DNA of 63,316 nucleotides, filler included, from Octopus bimaculoides (GCF_001194135.2; 4 parts of 4 records of this genome joined end to end with filler, not necessarily neighbours in it); one strand, 5' to 3'. Counted from the whole stretch's first letter, positions 37,041-50,760 are shown. Notes: a model not told the origin generated them from the sequence alone. Program-made: numbers and translations.

Positions 37041-37982
37041 ATAGAAATTTAAAGTAAGAACGTCTTCTCATAAGAGACACATAGACAAGTATAGACTAAT
37101 ATACTGAAAGACTCACAAAAGTTTAGATAGACAAAAAGACTAATTAAATTATGCAGGCGAGTCTTGGAAGTGAGTACGGTCCTTTACAGTTATGACGAGA
37201 GTTTGGGATTGTTTTGGCTTAATCGAATCTCTTTGTTGAAGCAGAATCGACTCAAATTTATCTTACCATAGAGTGATGTCATAAGACTTGGGTGGGAATT
37301 ACGAAATATGAGACACATTTCGGAAATGTAGGTGTTGTGATATACATACACGTATAATCTATTTGGAGTTCAAAAAGTTAGCGCTGACTAGTCTTGCCAA
37401 GCCAACATCGCTCCCAGTGTGAAAAACCCCTGTAGAATTAAAACATACAGGCAACACCCTACCCAACACTAAAAGTAATTTACTTCTCTTCGCAATGAAT
37501 CTTACTACTCTAAAGAAATGGTACATTCAGTATTGTTAAACCTGGCAAAATTAAGCATCGCTGTTTCGGGTTCACTGTTAAGGATCTTAAAACACACTAA
37601 TTTTCATTCCTTTCTCCGTGTTCTCCAGAAATTCAGTGATTAATTACATGAATGCCTTATGTAATCTTAAAACATTTGCGATGAATTCACTCCTTATACC
37701 TCAAAATAATTTTCGTTTCTCAAAAGCTGAAATAGTGAAAAACAGCGAAATTCTCATTAGCAAAACCAGTTTTTATCAAATCGTCTTCGCAAGAGAAAAT
37801 TAATTTCCGGGAGAAATTGGCCAGTTGAATATATCCAGTTAACTATTCGAATAATAAAACGTAAGCAGCTTCTCTCGTTGATAAACCCGTTGACTAATCC
37901 ATCTCCATTCATGAAATACATCAGAAACATTTCAGTAGAAATCTCCGCCCGTTGATGTGAAACTTTAAGTGATATTGCGTCG

Positions 37983-38016
<34 letters not shown>

Positions 38017-38199
38017 AATATCAAGATAAAATGAATATACCAATACGTTTTTATACATATAACGGAATCTATCATCGAGAACAACGTTTGAGCGTTCAGG
38101 ATTTGGTGAACAAGCTGCACAAAGGATTTGATTATAGTGAACAGATGTAAATGCTGTGTATTAGCTCACTCCTTCCTTCAAATAGGACTTGCTGGAACA

Positions 38200-38345
38200 G
38201 GTGCAGGCTATTTTATACATCTGGTATCGAAGTGATCGCAGCGCAATGTGAGACGAGTACAAGAACACAACGTACCACCTCGTCCAAGAATTGAAACTAC
38301 GATCTCAGGACCGTGAGAGCAGCACCCTAAGAACGACCTCATGCG
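38200..38345 (-). mobile_element. Diverged tRNA-derived SINE fragment followed by (GT)n
   Basis: Minus strand has a tRNA-like head (gatcgtagtttcaattcttggacgagg) and a CORE-like gttgtgttcttg segment. Confidence 0.45.
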
Positions 38346-38364
38346 CCCTCACACGTATGTGTAT

Positions 38365-38413
<49 letters not shown>

Positions 38414-40013
38414 TAAGTGAGAAAGTGTGTGCGAGTGTACGCGAATGATGAAGTGTGCGCGTGTGTACGTGAATGACAGAATGAGGGGGAGAGAGAAAGA
38501 TAGAGAGAGATTCCGTGCGTGCACGCGTGTGTGTGTGTGTATAGAGAGGTGCAAAATGTATATGTATAGAGAGGTGCAAACTGGACCAATAAATGTGTAA
38601 GATTAGTGAAATATCTTTAAAAGCGATCCGAGGAAGTCTTATGAAGATCATCGGGTTATAAAATCAAGTGCGGTGGTTAGGCTTATAAGCCACTGCTTTA
38701 CAAAACCCGAATTGCTTCAGAGTTCAGGTGTCTTGACTTTGGCAGGTGCATCTCGGTAAGCAGTATAGAAGCTGTGTAGGTACAATCATATTCCTGCAGT
38801 AGAGTATGATTTTATAATCGATGCTCCTTAGACAGAAACAACTATAACTAATATTAAGTGCCCAAAAATATATTTATGGATGCTTAAATGATGTTAATAA
38901 AATACTCCTTGCCTGGTTCATAAAAGAATGTTTTTCACGGATGATTGAAACAATCTATGTTCTACTTTTAACTGTCCTTTGCAATGGATGGGAATTCTAC
39001 CTCTACACTAAATCCTTTGAAAGCCACACATCACTGATGTTTCATTGTGATGTATTGGAACTCGGAAAATGTATCTGTTTCTGATATTTCAGTGGATGTT
39101 ATTCTACTAACCCCATTTGCTTGATTTCTAAATGTAGCCGGTTGTTTGGAGCCCATATGAGCCTATAAGATTACTTCATAACGAATTCCGTAGAGCAAGA
39201 GCTTCTCAGAGCTGAGGTATAATGCCATGTCCTAGACGTCGACTGCTCGTAATAAATTATGTTTAGGTCAATCTCCTGGAACATTCACGTGATTATTCAC
39301 GAATCTCTCCATGACCAGGTACCTCATATTACTGCAAACTTCCAGGCTATTCTATATTAAGAGAGACAACCTTTTGGAGGCTATGTTCTTCATGGAATTG
39401 TCCAGGATAAATATTGCAATGTTCCCTCGACATTTGGCGTGACTACCCACAAGGACATCGAAAAACAGATCCATTTCCTCGATCCTGAATGAAGTAACAT
39501 ATTGCAGTAACTACTTACAAGTGTTCCGACTAATCTGATATCGAAGGCGCTCATACTACCGAATTCCTAAACGTTCAGAACGGATCTCAATACGTTCCAT
39601 TAAATAATGATAAAGAACGAAGATAGCAATCAGCTTGCTGCAGGTTTCTTTGCTTTCGATAGTTATTTACTCACTTAATTATTCTTAATTTAATTCTCTT
39701 TAATTTAAAGTACTAATTTGATTCCTCATATCTGTCTTTCAATTGTGTCACTGTTTATGTTCTGTCTCAAAACTGATAAATTTTCCATACAAATTCATTT
39801 ACTATTCTAGAATACAAATTTGTGTGTCATGTTTAATTCAGCAAATTATTTCGTTACGATGTTAAATTAGAATGTTCTATTCCAACTTATATCTTCGGTA
39901 TATGATTATTTTTGCTGAATGATTATTTTAATGTTACTTTGTTTCATTTAATTGGAATATGATTTCAGTTATTTAGATGTTATTCTTATAATATGTTATA
40001 CGGAGCCATCATA

Positions 40014-41287
40014 TGCAAGGGTCGGCTGAATAGTTCTTAGGCTGACCAAGATACTCCCATTGAATGTGACCAAATGAGGTTTATTTTTCGACATGGTCCC
40101 TCTTACGGTCCACACCCTTTTGCCATACATGTTCAGTGCTTGGATCCCATTGGTGAAGAGGCTTTCATTCTGTTGGTAAAAAATCTCATCCACAGTAGCT
40201 ATCATGTCACCACACTGCGATACTGTTTCTCAACCAAGTGTTTTTTCATGTCGAGAAATATATGATAATCAGACCGGGTCAAATCAGGAAAATAGGGAAT
40301 GTGATCAATCAGTTCCAAGCCATAGTCACGAGCAGCAGCCATTGAAAGCAAGGACTTGTTTGCTGGAGCAATGTACTGATAAAACACCCCTTTCCTCAGT
40401 TTCGCTGACAGTTTGCTCTTGACAGCCTTTCGCAACTGCTTCAGCAAGTTGGTGCAGAACGTGCCATTGATGCTGAGCCCCTTTAAAAGATAGTCAGTAA
40501 ACACAATGCCTTTTGCATCACAAAACACCTGAAGTTGTCAGCTTCTTTGCAGATAAAAGCACCTTAGATTTCTTTAGAGCAGGTGTGTTTTCCCTGCAAA
40601 GGCTGTCTCTTTGTATATGGCTCAAAGTGATGAACCCAGCACTCATCCATTGTTATAAACATTCAATAAACCCAGCTGGATCTGCCTGAAACAATGTCAG
40701 ATTCTCCCATGATGTGATCAGCCTGGTTCGCTTTTGATCAGGTGTCAGAATACGTGGCACCCACTGAGCAAAAACCTTCATGTCAAGTTAACTGTGCAGA
40801 ATATTTTCATCTCTCTCATAGTATATACTAGTATACTATTTGATTTAAAATAAATCGCCCGCCATCCATCACAATGTGGTCAACACAATCAATGGTGGTT
40901 GCAGTTGCAAACCTCCTGATTTGGCCCCATCTTCAAGACTCTCCGTTCCTCTTCTAAATTATGCTGCCTACTTTTGCAATGTTGATAAAGTTGTAGTGTC
41001 ATCCCGTAATATAGCAGGCATATCGGCATGAACGTCCTTGGGAGGTGGGGTAAACCATTTTTTCAGCAGGTACTTTGATAACACCTTGATGCCAAATTTT
41101 GTCCATTTTCATGAGAAGTGCCTACCAGCTACATTTGAAGTCTTCTTTAAATAGTCAGATGTCAGTTTACTTGAAAGGATGCAATGCAGTTATTAATTAG
41201 AAGAGCTGAAATTAATGTATGCAAGATTTCACAATTCTTGTATTACTCCTTCATAGTCAGCCTATGAACTTTTCATTCCATGCTCGT
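40014..41287 (-). mobile_element. Full-length decayed mariner (second lineage, ~1274 bp)
   Basis: TIR cores tgaa(t/a)agttc(t/a)taggctgac at both ends; transposase remnants MKMDKIWHQGVIK, WVPRILTPDQK, ITMDECWVH, FCDAKGIVFTDYL, PYFPDLTRSDYHIF. Confidence 0.93.
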
Positions 41288-42516
41288 TCACAAACCCATA
41301 TACAACTTTGTGTAAAAGCAATAAACATTCTTATTTTGCATTTTCGGCCTCCTTCCCCTCTAATATTTAGTTTCTTTTACTTATTTACAACACACAGATT
41401 GTAAATAAAGGATTGTGTGATGTGTGAGCACCGGCTTACCAAATGATAGACCAGATGTTCCATCTGTAGGTTGTAAAAAGCGACTAAACGCGGCTGAGGG
41501 GGAATTTGCAATCGTAAAACTCTCCGCAGCAACGACTATCCAAACAGACCCATGGGATGGAGGTCTATCACCTGAATGGTGCAAAATTGTCATCTGCTAG
41601 GAGTAGGGAAAATGCCAACAAATAGTGAGCGCAGTGTCGTGTTGTTGCAGCGCATTCCCCCATATTGTTACTATTATACGGATTGTCATACATTTAGACA
41701 ATCGCAATATTTATCAAACTTCCTACTTTCATTAACATTAAATTGTCTCAACTGAGTCACAGAGTTCTCCATCACTACCTTGCATAATTGTCAAATTTTT
41801 TTCAGATAAAATTTTATACTCATTTTTTACGATGTATATACAAATATAACTGTCGTTCTTACATATTAAGCAGAATGTAACCATTTTCTATCAGTCTTTC
41901 ACGCTACCACGCCACCATCACGACTGCAACGTTTCGCAGAGCCTTCCCGCCACATCTTTCTCCTTTGAGTCCAATAAAATTTTATAATTGCTTGTCATCA
42001 TTTCAACGCTTCGAATATTTCTGTCTGCAAACGCTCATTAAAAAACTATTTTCATTCAACAAACAATGCTTTGATTTCTATAATTTAATTGTGATTTAGG
42101 TAGGTAGAACTTACGAGCTACTACGTTCATGTGTATATGTCTGTGTGTATGTGTGTAGTTGACACCATATACACCCGCACATACATACATACACACAGAC
42201 ACTAAAATGTACGAACATATATTTACATATATGTGAGAAATTTAAGATAAGCACAAGTTAATATGATTAGTTCCTACGTACGTATCGTCACCAATATTGC
42301 TTAGAAACCTGCATTGAGTGTATCAAGTACATATGGATGTTGGGCCAGAACAGAGCATCAGGGAACACTTTATTGCATTAAGTTACAGAGAAATAATGGA
42401 CATTAATTCATCCTAAAATTCTCCTACATTACATAACTTAGTAATACTACTAAGTACTCGTAGAATACTGGAAGTTCTAAACATACCAGTCGTACATCTA
42501 TCTGTACATATATACA

Positions 42517-42524
42517 CCATCATC

Positions 42525-42556
<32 letters not shown>

Positions 42557-42566
42557 CATCATTATC

Positions 42567-42630
<64 letters not shown>

Positions 42631-43050
42631 CCACCATCATTTAACATCCGTTGTCCATGCTGGCAGAGTTAGACGGTTTCACTAGGGCTGGTAAGCTGAG
42701 GAGCTACACTAGACTCCAGTCAGATATGACATGGTTTCCACGGCTGGATGCCCTTCTTAACGCCAACCACTCTAAGAGTGTAATGGGTGCCTTTGTGTGA
42801 CACCGGCAAGGGAGGTAGGTACGTAACACCAGTATCTTCCGCGACTACGATTTCACTTCGTTTGACAATTTTTTTTTCTTCTCAAGCATAGCATATTGCC
42901 AAAGATCTCGGTCATTTGTCATTGCTTCCGAGAGGCCCACCGGTACGGGTTCTAGTTACGTGACACCAGCAACAGGCACGTTGCCTCCGTGAGGCCCAAC
43001 GCTCGAAAAGTGCGTTATACGTGCCACTGGCACGGGTGCCAAGTAGGTGG
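42517..43050 (-). mobile_element. RTE-like LINE 3' end with (GAT)n tail and an internal duplication
   Basis: Minus strand: ...EAMTNDRDLWQYAMLEKK, then gttggcgttaagaagggcatccagccgtggaaacc...ggacaacggatgttaaatgatg(gat)n; gggcctc(a/t)cgga(g/a)gcaa appears twice. Confidence 0.75.
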
Positions 43051-43511
43051 AACCAACAACATAAATATATGCATGTATGTATGTGTGTGTGTGTGTGTGT
43101 ATGTGTGTGTGTGTGTGTCTGTGTCTGTGTCTGTGTCTGTGTGTGTGTGTGCGCGTGTGTGTGTGTGTGTGTAAATTAATTTTCATCTCTACTTCTGAAA
43201 GGTAAATGGTTTCTATCGGTATTTTGACTGCGTACTCACAATTATTACTATATTTCGACTTTTATCTTACATCTGCCTCCATAGTTTCTGCTATTTCTTC
43301 ATAATTCTTTGTTTTGATTTCAGATCTTTCAAATATTCCTTGTGCAATAAAGCAGATAGCCAACTGTAAAACATTCACTTACGCAAACGATGTAATTGCG
43401 GAAAACAATGATTCGGTGTGCCTTTTTGTTTGTGCTTTCGATAGTTCGTATGAGAGCACATGGCGAATAATATACAAATTCACATACATGCATCTACGTA
43501 CATACATACGT

Positions 43512-43940
43512 GCATAGGCGTTGCTGTGTGGAAAGAAGCTTGCTTCCAAGCCACATGATTCCGGATTAAGTCCACTTCGTAGCACCTTGAACAAGTAACT
43601 TCTAGTATAGCTTCGGATCGACTTAAGCGTTGTGAGTGGATTTGGTGCATGGAAACTAAAAGAAGCCCGTCGTACATGTGTATATATGTGTACACGCGCG
43701 CGCGTGTGTGTTTAGTGGCCTTTTCCTTTGTGTTTTTCTATAGTTCGCTTAACAACCGGTGCTGGTGTGTTGAAGTCCCCATGCCTTAGCCGTTCGACAA
43801 AAGGGTAGATAGAATAACTACCATGCTTTAAAAAATATGTATTGGGGTTGATACATTCCAGCAAAGATTCTTGAATGCAGTGCCCCAGCATGGCCACAGT
43901 CTAACGACGGAAACGAGTGTCACGTGGAAGATAAAGGGTT
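43512..43940 (+). mobile_element. SINE family A
   Basis: taggcgttgctgtgtggaaagaagcttgcttcc...cagcatggccacagtctaacgacggaaac. Confidence 0.9.
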
Positions 43941-43946
43941 ATATAT

Positions 43947-43981
<35 letters not shown>

Positions 43982-45624
43982 NNNNNNNNNNNNNNNNNNN
44001 NNNNNNNNNNNNNNNNNNNNNNNNNNNNNNNNNNNNNNNNNNNNNNNNNNNNNNNNNNNNNNNNNNNNNNNNNNNNNNNNNNNNNNNNNNNNNNNNNNNN
44101 NNNNNNNNNNNNNNNNNNNNNNNNNNNNNNNNNNNNNNNNNNNNNNNNNNNNNNNNNNNNNNNNNNNNNNNNNNNNNNNNNNNNNNNNNNNNNNNNNNNN
44201 NNNNNNNNNNNNNNNNNNNNNNNNNNNNNNNNNNNNNNNNNNNNNNNNNNNNNNNNNNNNNNNNNNNNNNNNNNNNNNNNNNNNNNNNNNNNNNNNNNNN
44301 NNNNNNNNNNNNNNNNNNNNNNNNNNNNNNNNNNNNNNNNNNNNNNNNNNNNNNNNNNNNNNNNNNNNNNNNNNNNNNNNNNNNNNNNNNNNNNNNNNNN
44401 NNNNNNNNNNNNNNNNNNNNNNNNNNNNNNNNNNNNNNNNNNNNNNNNNNNNNNNNNNNNNNNNNNNNNNNNNNNNNNNNNNNNNNNNNNNNNNNNNNNN
44501 NNNNNNNNNNNNNATAGATAAATTGAATGTAATTCAATTTAAAACCAAGTGGCCTAGCATATAAAAAAATCTGAAAATTCAGAAAAAATTGTATTACACG
44601 TGTATCAGGGATGACCACTAGGTGGACATCCAATATGCTAGAAAGAGGTAATCAACGATCCAACCTCAAAGGAAAATAATGTCCTCCAGAAAAATTTCGC
44701 AAAACACCAGAACTGGAAGGACTTTTCAAAGGGAAAGAAAAACCAAAATCTAAATGATTGTGGTTATTTAGGTATTCCCTGTACGTTAGCGGTGTGCACT
44801 CAAAAGTACTTTGTCTATTTCTATACAAGGTACAAAAATGTGAGAAAGCCGATATTTCTGTACAGGATCCACAATGTGAGGAAGCAGATTATTAGAGACT
44901 TTCATATTTGAAATCCATTTCCAACAATTAGATAATGAAGATAATTTCCTAAACCAGTTGGTGATGACCTTATATCATTTTCCATTTAAATGGCCTCGTT
45001 TGCACGTGAAGCTGCGAAAGTAGCTCCACAGGGAATCTGAGAGCAATTTATGAGTAACAGTCGAACATATTAAGTATACTATATGATAAAGCGTAAAGTC
45101 GATAGATATTGTCACTCCTTAATATGTTCAAATGAAGATACTATTGCAGCAACAACGAAAGTTGAATGGCAAATTTTCTAATGATTAAAATGTGCAGCAA
45201 ACTTGAAATATGATGCTAACAATATGGAAGTACAATTCATAAGAAGAAAAACACAAAAGCGTTTTTGCTGTAACTTCCAAGAATTCAGATATCAACAGGG
45301 CTCCACGTAATTTTGACCAGACAGTACGACATATATTTTCTTGACAGTAAAGTTAAGAGACGCCCATCAATAATCTGAGTAAAGGAAACCGTTCGAGGAG
45401 AAATTCAGATGCTACACCTAACATATTGGAAGACGTCAAGAAAAATACTCTGAACAGGAGGTCAGTATTAAGAAGTAGAAAAATCAAAGACATTTATATG
45501 ATCTTAGAAGTCTTAACAAGTCGAAATAAATTCTAATTATTTATATAAACTGTCTCAGGAAATCAATAAAAAAATACTTCAGTTTATTGCAATTTTACTT
45601 CAGTCGTCGTTCACATTTGAAAAA

Positions 45625-45835
45625 CACTGCACACACACACAAACACACACACACACACACATACATACACATACACACACACAAACACTCACACACACAC
45701 ATACACACACACAAACACACATACAGACACACACACAGAAACACACAAACACACACACACTTATATACATACATATATATATATATATATTCATACATAT
45801 ATATATATATTCATACATACTTACGACATATCTAT
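45625..45835. repeat. (CA)/(TA) microsatellite block
   Basis: Direct inspection. Confidence 0.9.
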
Positions 45836-46582
45836 ACATGGGGATCAGTGTGAATGTATAAGTTTGTTTATATGGACAATATACAGGTGATTATACACGC
45901 ATACGTATGTAAATAATTACATTTCCTTTCCCGACAGTTCGATCAATAATAAAAACAAAGGTAAATTTAGATATTCTAGCAGAAAAATTTTCTATCCCAA
46001 TTTGATCATTTCGATTCAAAATTGCATTCAAACATCAAGAATAGAATTCTACATTTTTCTTTATTCTTCCTTTTTTTTTTTTTCTTTTTCCTCGCTTGAA
46101 ATAGTATTTCTCCCAACAATTGTGCTGTTACTAATAACGGCTTTCGGAAAAGAAATAATTAAACTATAGAATGGTGCCAAATTGTTTGTCGATTGGAAGA
46201 AATTCAGTAAACGTTTTTGTTTTTTTTTTGGGGTGGGGTTTATCACTATAAGCATTCATGCAATTATCCACACAAAATCTACTATCGACCTATCCCATCA
46301 TACATTTTTTAAAACCTACGTTTAAAGTACGAGGACACGTTCTTCCATACATTGCCGATTACGTTTCCATGAATTTAAGCCGTAACTTCAGTCTAATAAG
46401 AATTTCATAGTAAAACACTAGCGAATCTGATGTAGAATTGCTATACGCTGAGATCTCGACACTGCTGATATTTGACTATATAGTTGTGTAAAATCTAACA
46501 GATAATCACCAGGATTTTTGGAGGATTGAGTGATCTGTTCTCCACCATGTTAGGCCAATTCAAGTCTCCTGATTTCTATTCT

Positions 46583-47104
46583 CTTTTACTTGTACTCTTT
46601 ACTCTTTTACTTGTTCCAGTCATTTGACTGCGGCCAAGCTGGAGCACCGCCTTTAGTCGAACATATCGACCCCAGGACTTATTCTTTGGAAGCCTACTAC
46701 TTATTGTATCGGTCTCTTTTGCCGAACCGCTAGGTCACGGGGACGGAAACACACCACCATCGGTTGTCAAGCGATGGTGGGGGGAACAAACACAGACACA
46801 CAAACACACGTATATATATATATATATGTATGTGTGTGTATATGTTTGTGTGCCTGTGTTTGTCCCCCNNNNNNNNNNNNNNNNNNNNNNNNNNNNNNNN
46901 NNNNNNNNNNNNNNNNNNNNNNNNNTATATATACATATATACGACAGGCTTCTTTCAGTTTCCATCTACCAAATCCACTCACAAGGCTTTGGTCGGCCCG
47001 AGACTATAGTAGAAGACAGTTGCCCAAGGTGCCACGCAGTGGGACTGAATCCGGAACCATGTGGTTGGTAAGCAAGCTACTTACCACACAACCACTCCTG
47101 CGCC
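46583..47104 (-). mobile_element. SINE family A, near-consensus, spans a small gap
   Basis: Head aggcgcaggagtggttgtgtggtaag at 47104 downward; tail (gagtaaaa)n. Confidence 0.95.
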
Positions 47105-47579
47105 TTAATATTCCTTAATTTTTCTATTCGTATTTTCATATACACCCGAATTTATAAATTCCTAGTTACACTCACATATATATTTCTGCTTATCAGTTTC
47201 TATATGGTTTATTATTTTTGATACTTTCATCGATTCTTTCTGCGTTTCTCTTCCAATAATTTCATTTTTCATTCTTTCGTCTATATAAATACGTTTGAAA
47301 TAGCGGTGATATCGTCATCCAAAAAGATCTTTTACAACTTTATCCAATCAAAGACCATCGTAATATTCAAACTTCTTCACAGTATGTCTATTAAATACCG
47401 TTTTATGTCCCACATTTCCTAATCGTTCGAAAGTCCAATTATCAATTTATGAAGTTTCGATCACCAATAAAATATATTACGTAAATTTTATTTCATTATT
47501 GATTAATTACTTTCCGGTCTCTCATTCACACTTCAGAATTTACATTTATATATAAAGACGAATTAGACACGTATATTCA

Positions 47580-47591
47580 GATGTATGTATG

Positions 47592-47625
<34 letters not shown>

Positions 47626-47740
47626 TGTATGTATGTATGTATGTATGAATGTATGTACGTATGTATGTATGTATGTATGTATGTATTATGTATGTATACA
47701 CATGCGTACGCACACATACACACACACACACACACACACA
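47580..47740. repeat. (TATG)n/(CA)n microsatellite
   Basis: Direct inspection. Confidence 0.95.
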
Positions 47741-48200
47741 TTAGGTTGGAAAGAATGTCCAATCGTATATTGGACATGATCGTTTTTTAGGGCGTTTTTT
47801 TTTCAATACAACGGTAAAATAAGCATTAAGTTTTTATATCCTATCGTCCTTTTCTTTCTTTGTAGATTACGCTATATTAAATTCATATCCATTTTCTTTT
47901 TAAATTAAGTTTAGATCAGACCTATATTAGACACTGTATGCTGTATGAATTCAAAACGGGCTCTTTAAGAATACAAGAGGTAAGAAATATTTCTTCTGTC
48001 TATGGAAATGTATCTTTAAGTGTCTGTACATACTAACGATGCTTTGGGTAGTTTGAAAAAATTAATCTAACCAGCTCACTAGAATTTACAACTATCATCT
48101 CTCACCCTATGCTTCAAACCATGTAGGTCTTCAACGGGACTGGAAAGTCATCTGTAACGTCATAGTCGGAAGTTAGAAAAGCTATTGACAACGAGGATAC
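47741..48200 (+). mobile_element. Mariner 5' fragment (third lineage, very decayed)
   Basis: TIR-like ttaggttgga; IRHCMLYEFKTG; EVRNISSVYGNVSLSVCTY*RCFG*F, matching the mariner N-terminal HTH. Confidence 0.65.
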
Positions 48201-49459
48201 CCAGAGTACCGGCAAACATTTGTGAAAATGGAGCAAAAACTGTGTGTGGATGACTATATCTCAGCCTGAGAGGCTTAAGTACATGGTGTAGGAGACAAAA
48301 TGTTCGAGAATAGTAATTTTGATGGCTCCATGCTAGAAATAAGTATGGAAAATGTTCATGTATATATGTACAGGTATGGTTATTTCGTTAAGAACTTCGG
48401 TTTGCAACCAGATCTTCAGATTCATTCCTACTGTGCGGCATTTAAGGAGTGTGGCTTCTGCTAAAGCCCCATGCCGATCAATGCCTTGAGTGTAAATTTA
48501 GCATACCGAAACTTTCTCCCTCTTTCTCTCTTTCTCTCTCTGTATATATATATGTATTATATATATATTCAGAGAGAGTGAAGAGAGTGAGAAACAGAGG
48601 GAGTGAGGGAATGAGGAAAGTGAGAGATATACAAGGAGGGAGGGTGGTAGTTTTAGGCAGGTAGATGGCGATAGCCAGATTGATAAATAGAGAATGGTTA
48701 GAGTTTGTACATTCTTTGAGCCTGAATTTTAGGAATCTGCTTGCAAACATTCAAAGTTGTAGATAATTAAAGAAGTAAATACTGCTATATATAAAATATT
48801 TTATTGTTGGAAATATGTTCGTACGTATTCGTGTAAGAAGTATCGTTTTATTTTTTCACTATATCTTCAGCTACATAAAATTCGGAATGAAAAAGGAAAA
48901 TGAGAGAAAGGATATTGTGAATAAAATCCTAAGTTAGATTAATAAATTGGAACAAGTTTATAAATCATGAAAAATAAAGTAATATTGTGAATGAAAAGAT
49001 TGGCTACGTGCTTTTTCAGTTGGCGGCTCAGATGGCAACAATGGTGGATGACGTGATTGTTGGTATGGTGTCGTTGTAAAGAATGCAGCTGACGCGCGAG
49101 AAATATATGGCGGTATTTGAATGAATATATTACTATTAGGTACTGTGTGGGCGAACGAAAAATATTGCGTGCAAAAATAGTAAGAAAGGTCTGTGCAGAT
49201 TAATAGGTAAACAAATCTACAATGATTGTATAAATGTTTGTTTATTTCTGTACAACCAACGGTATTGTGAGACATAGAGGAAGCTTCCTAGTTATATAGA
49301 GGCGAAAGGTTTGTTCAAAGTAAAAAGAAAGATAGACCTTATATATGTATAATTCAATGTACAGGGTCTAGTAGTCACGTAATACGAGATGAAGCTAATT
49401 CATATTTTCATAAACTACCTATTCTTTTATTCATTAATGCTGTCACTCAATTAAGAAAT

Positions 49460-49884
49460 TTACTCTTTTACTCTTTTACTTGTTTCAGCCATTTGACTGC
49501 GGCCATGCTGGAGCACCCACTTTAGTCGAGAAAATCGACCCCAGGACATATTCTTTGTAAGCCTAGTACTTATTCTATCGATCTCTTTTTTGCTGAACCG
49601 CTAAGTTACGGGGACGTAAACACAACAGCATCGGTTGTCAAGCGATGTTGGGGGGGACAAACACGGACACACAAACACACACAGACACACACACCCCCAC
49701 ACACATATATGTATATATACGATGGGCTTCTTTCAGTTTCCGTCTACCAAAGCCACTCACAAGGCTTTGGTCGGCCCGAGGCTATAGTAGAAGACACTGG
49801 TGCAAGGTGCCACGCAATGGGACTGAACCCGGGAACCATGTGGTTGTTAAGCAAGCTACTTACCACACAGCCACTCCTGCGCCT
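49460..49884 (-). mobile_element. SINE family A, full length
   Basis: Complete head (A box tggctgtgtgg, B box ggttcagtccc), central CA/TA tract and (gagtaaaa)n tail. Confidence 0.97.
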
Positions 49885-50408
49885 CTAATTTACAAATTTA
49901 TTTTGTAGAGTTCAATGAATGTGCTTATAAAAATGTGTACATTTATTTTTAATACGTTCGTATACACTAGGATACGAAATATAATTGCTGCGGGATACTA
50001 TGTTGGAGAAAAATATTCCGCTGTAGTTTTGTATGTAGAAGCACATGCAGTCGAGCTGAAAATAATGTCAGCAAGATACCACACGCAGCGCTTTACTTTC
50101 ATCATATGAAATTGGGTTTGATGTGCTTTTATGCACAAAATATACGCAGGGAAAATTTTCCTCCTACAGCTAATGACTTTCACGGTTTAATATGCAAAAC
50201 CTGTTGAAAATAATGAACACACCTTTATTTGAACACACGATTCTTCGTAAGCTTATACTAAATTATTATCTACATAAGCTTACTTCTAAATTAGTTTGAT
50301 CTTTGTTTCTGTGTCATTTGATCCCGCCTGTATGTGTGTTTATACAACACACACAAACATTCACACACACACATACATGCATATACATGCATATACATAC
50401 ATATATAT

Positions 50409-50760
50409 GGTGGTTGTCTACTCCTTAAACAGAGTTTGACCACCTCCTGCACCTACACCTTAGCCCTTTCATGGCGTCTGATGTGGCTTTTTAAACCAGA
50501 CAGTGTTTTGAAAAAACACCCACACAGATTGCACCTCTGATTTGCACTACCAATACCTGCAAGTAAGTTCTGCTCATTGTGGATCCTAACATGTCTTTTA
50601 AGACCCCCATTGGATTTGCAAACCCTCTGGCACACACCACATTCAAACGTGTGCACAGACATATAATCAGAATAGCTGGGTGAGGTTTGTTTTCCATGGG
50701 TTCGCAGGTGAGATTTGAGGCCAGCCAAGGACAGACATGGTCTGTCACAGACTGTGCACA
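50409..50760 (-). mobile_element. RTE-like LINE 3' end encoding three tandem C2H2 zinc fingers (open to the gap)
   Basis: CTVCDRPCLSLAGLKSHLRTH, CGVCQRVCKSNGGLKRHVRIH, CNLCGCFFKTLSGLKSHIRRH (each CX2CX12HX3H); stop at 50453; 44-bp 3' UTR abutting (TA)n; second copy at 33030. Confidence 0.8.

Noticed and set aside
37629-37860. Strong acceptor (ctaat...tttctccgtgttctccAG) and downstream GTaagc donor
   Set aside because: All three frames close within the interval and the peptide is unrecognisable; at most a non-coding exon.
38790-39650. GC-balanced stretch with a faint RT-thumb-like peptide (LEVCSNMRYL) on the minus strand
   Set aside because: Too decayed to assign; a single weak motif.
44530-45520. 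Purine-rich, coding-like stretch, possibly an old transposase
   Set aside because: No identifiable motif in any frame by eye; needs tblastn/HMM search.
46779-46868. Inverted copy of a SINE segment forming an apparent hairpin around (TA)n
   Set aside because: It sits at a gap edge and flips at a self-complementary (TA)n tract within a high-copy SINE; most likely a mis-extension by the assembler.
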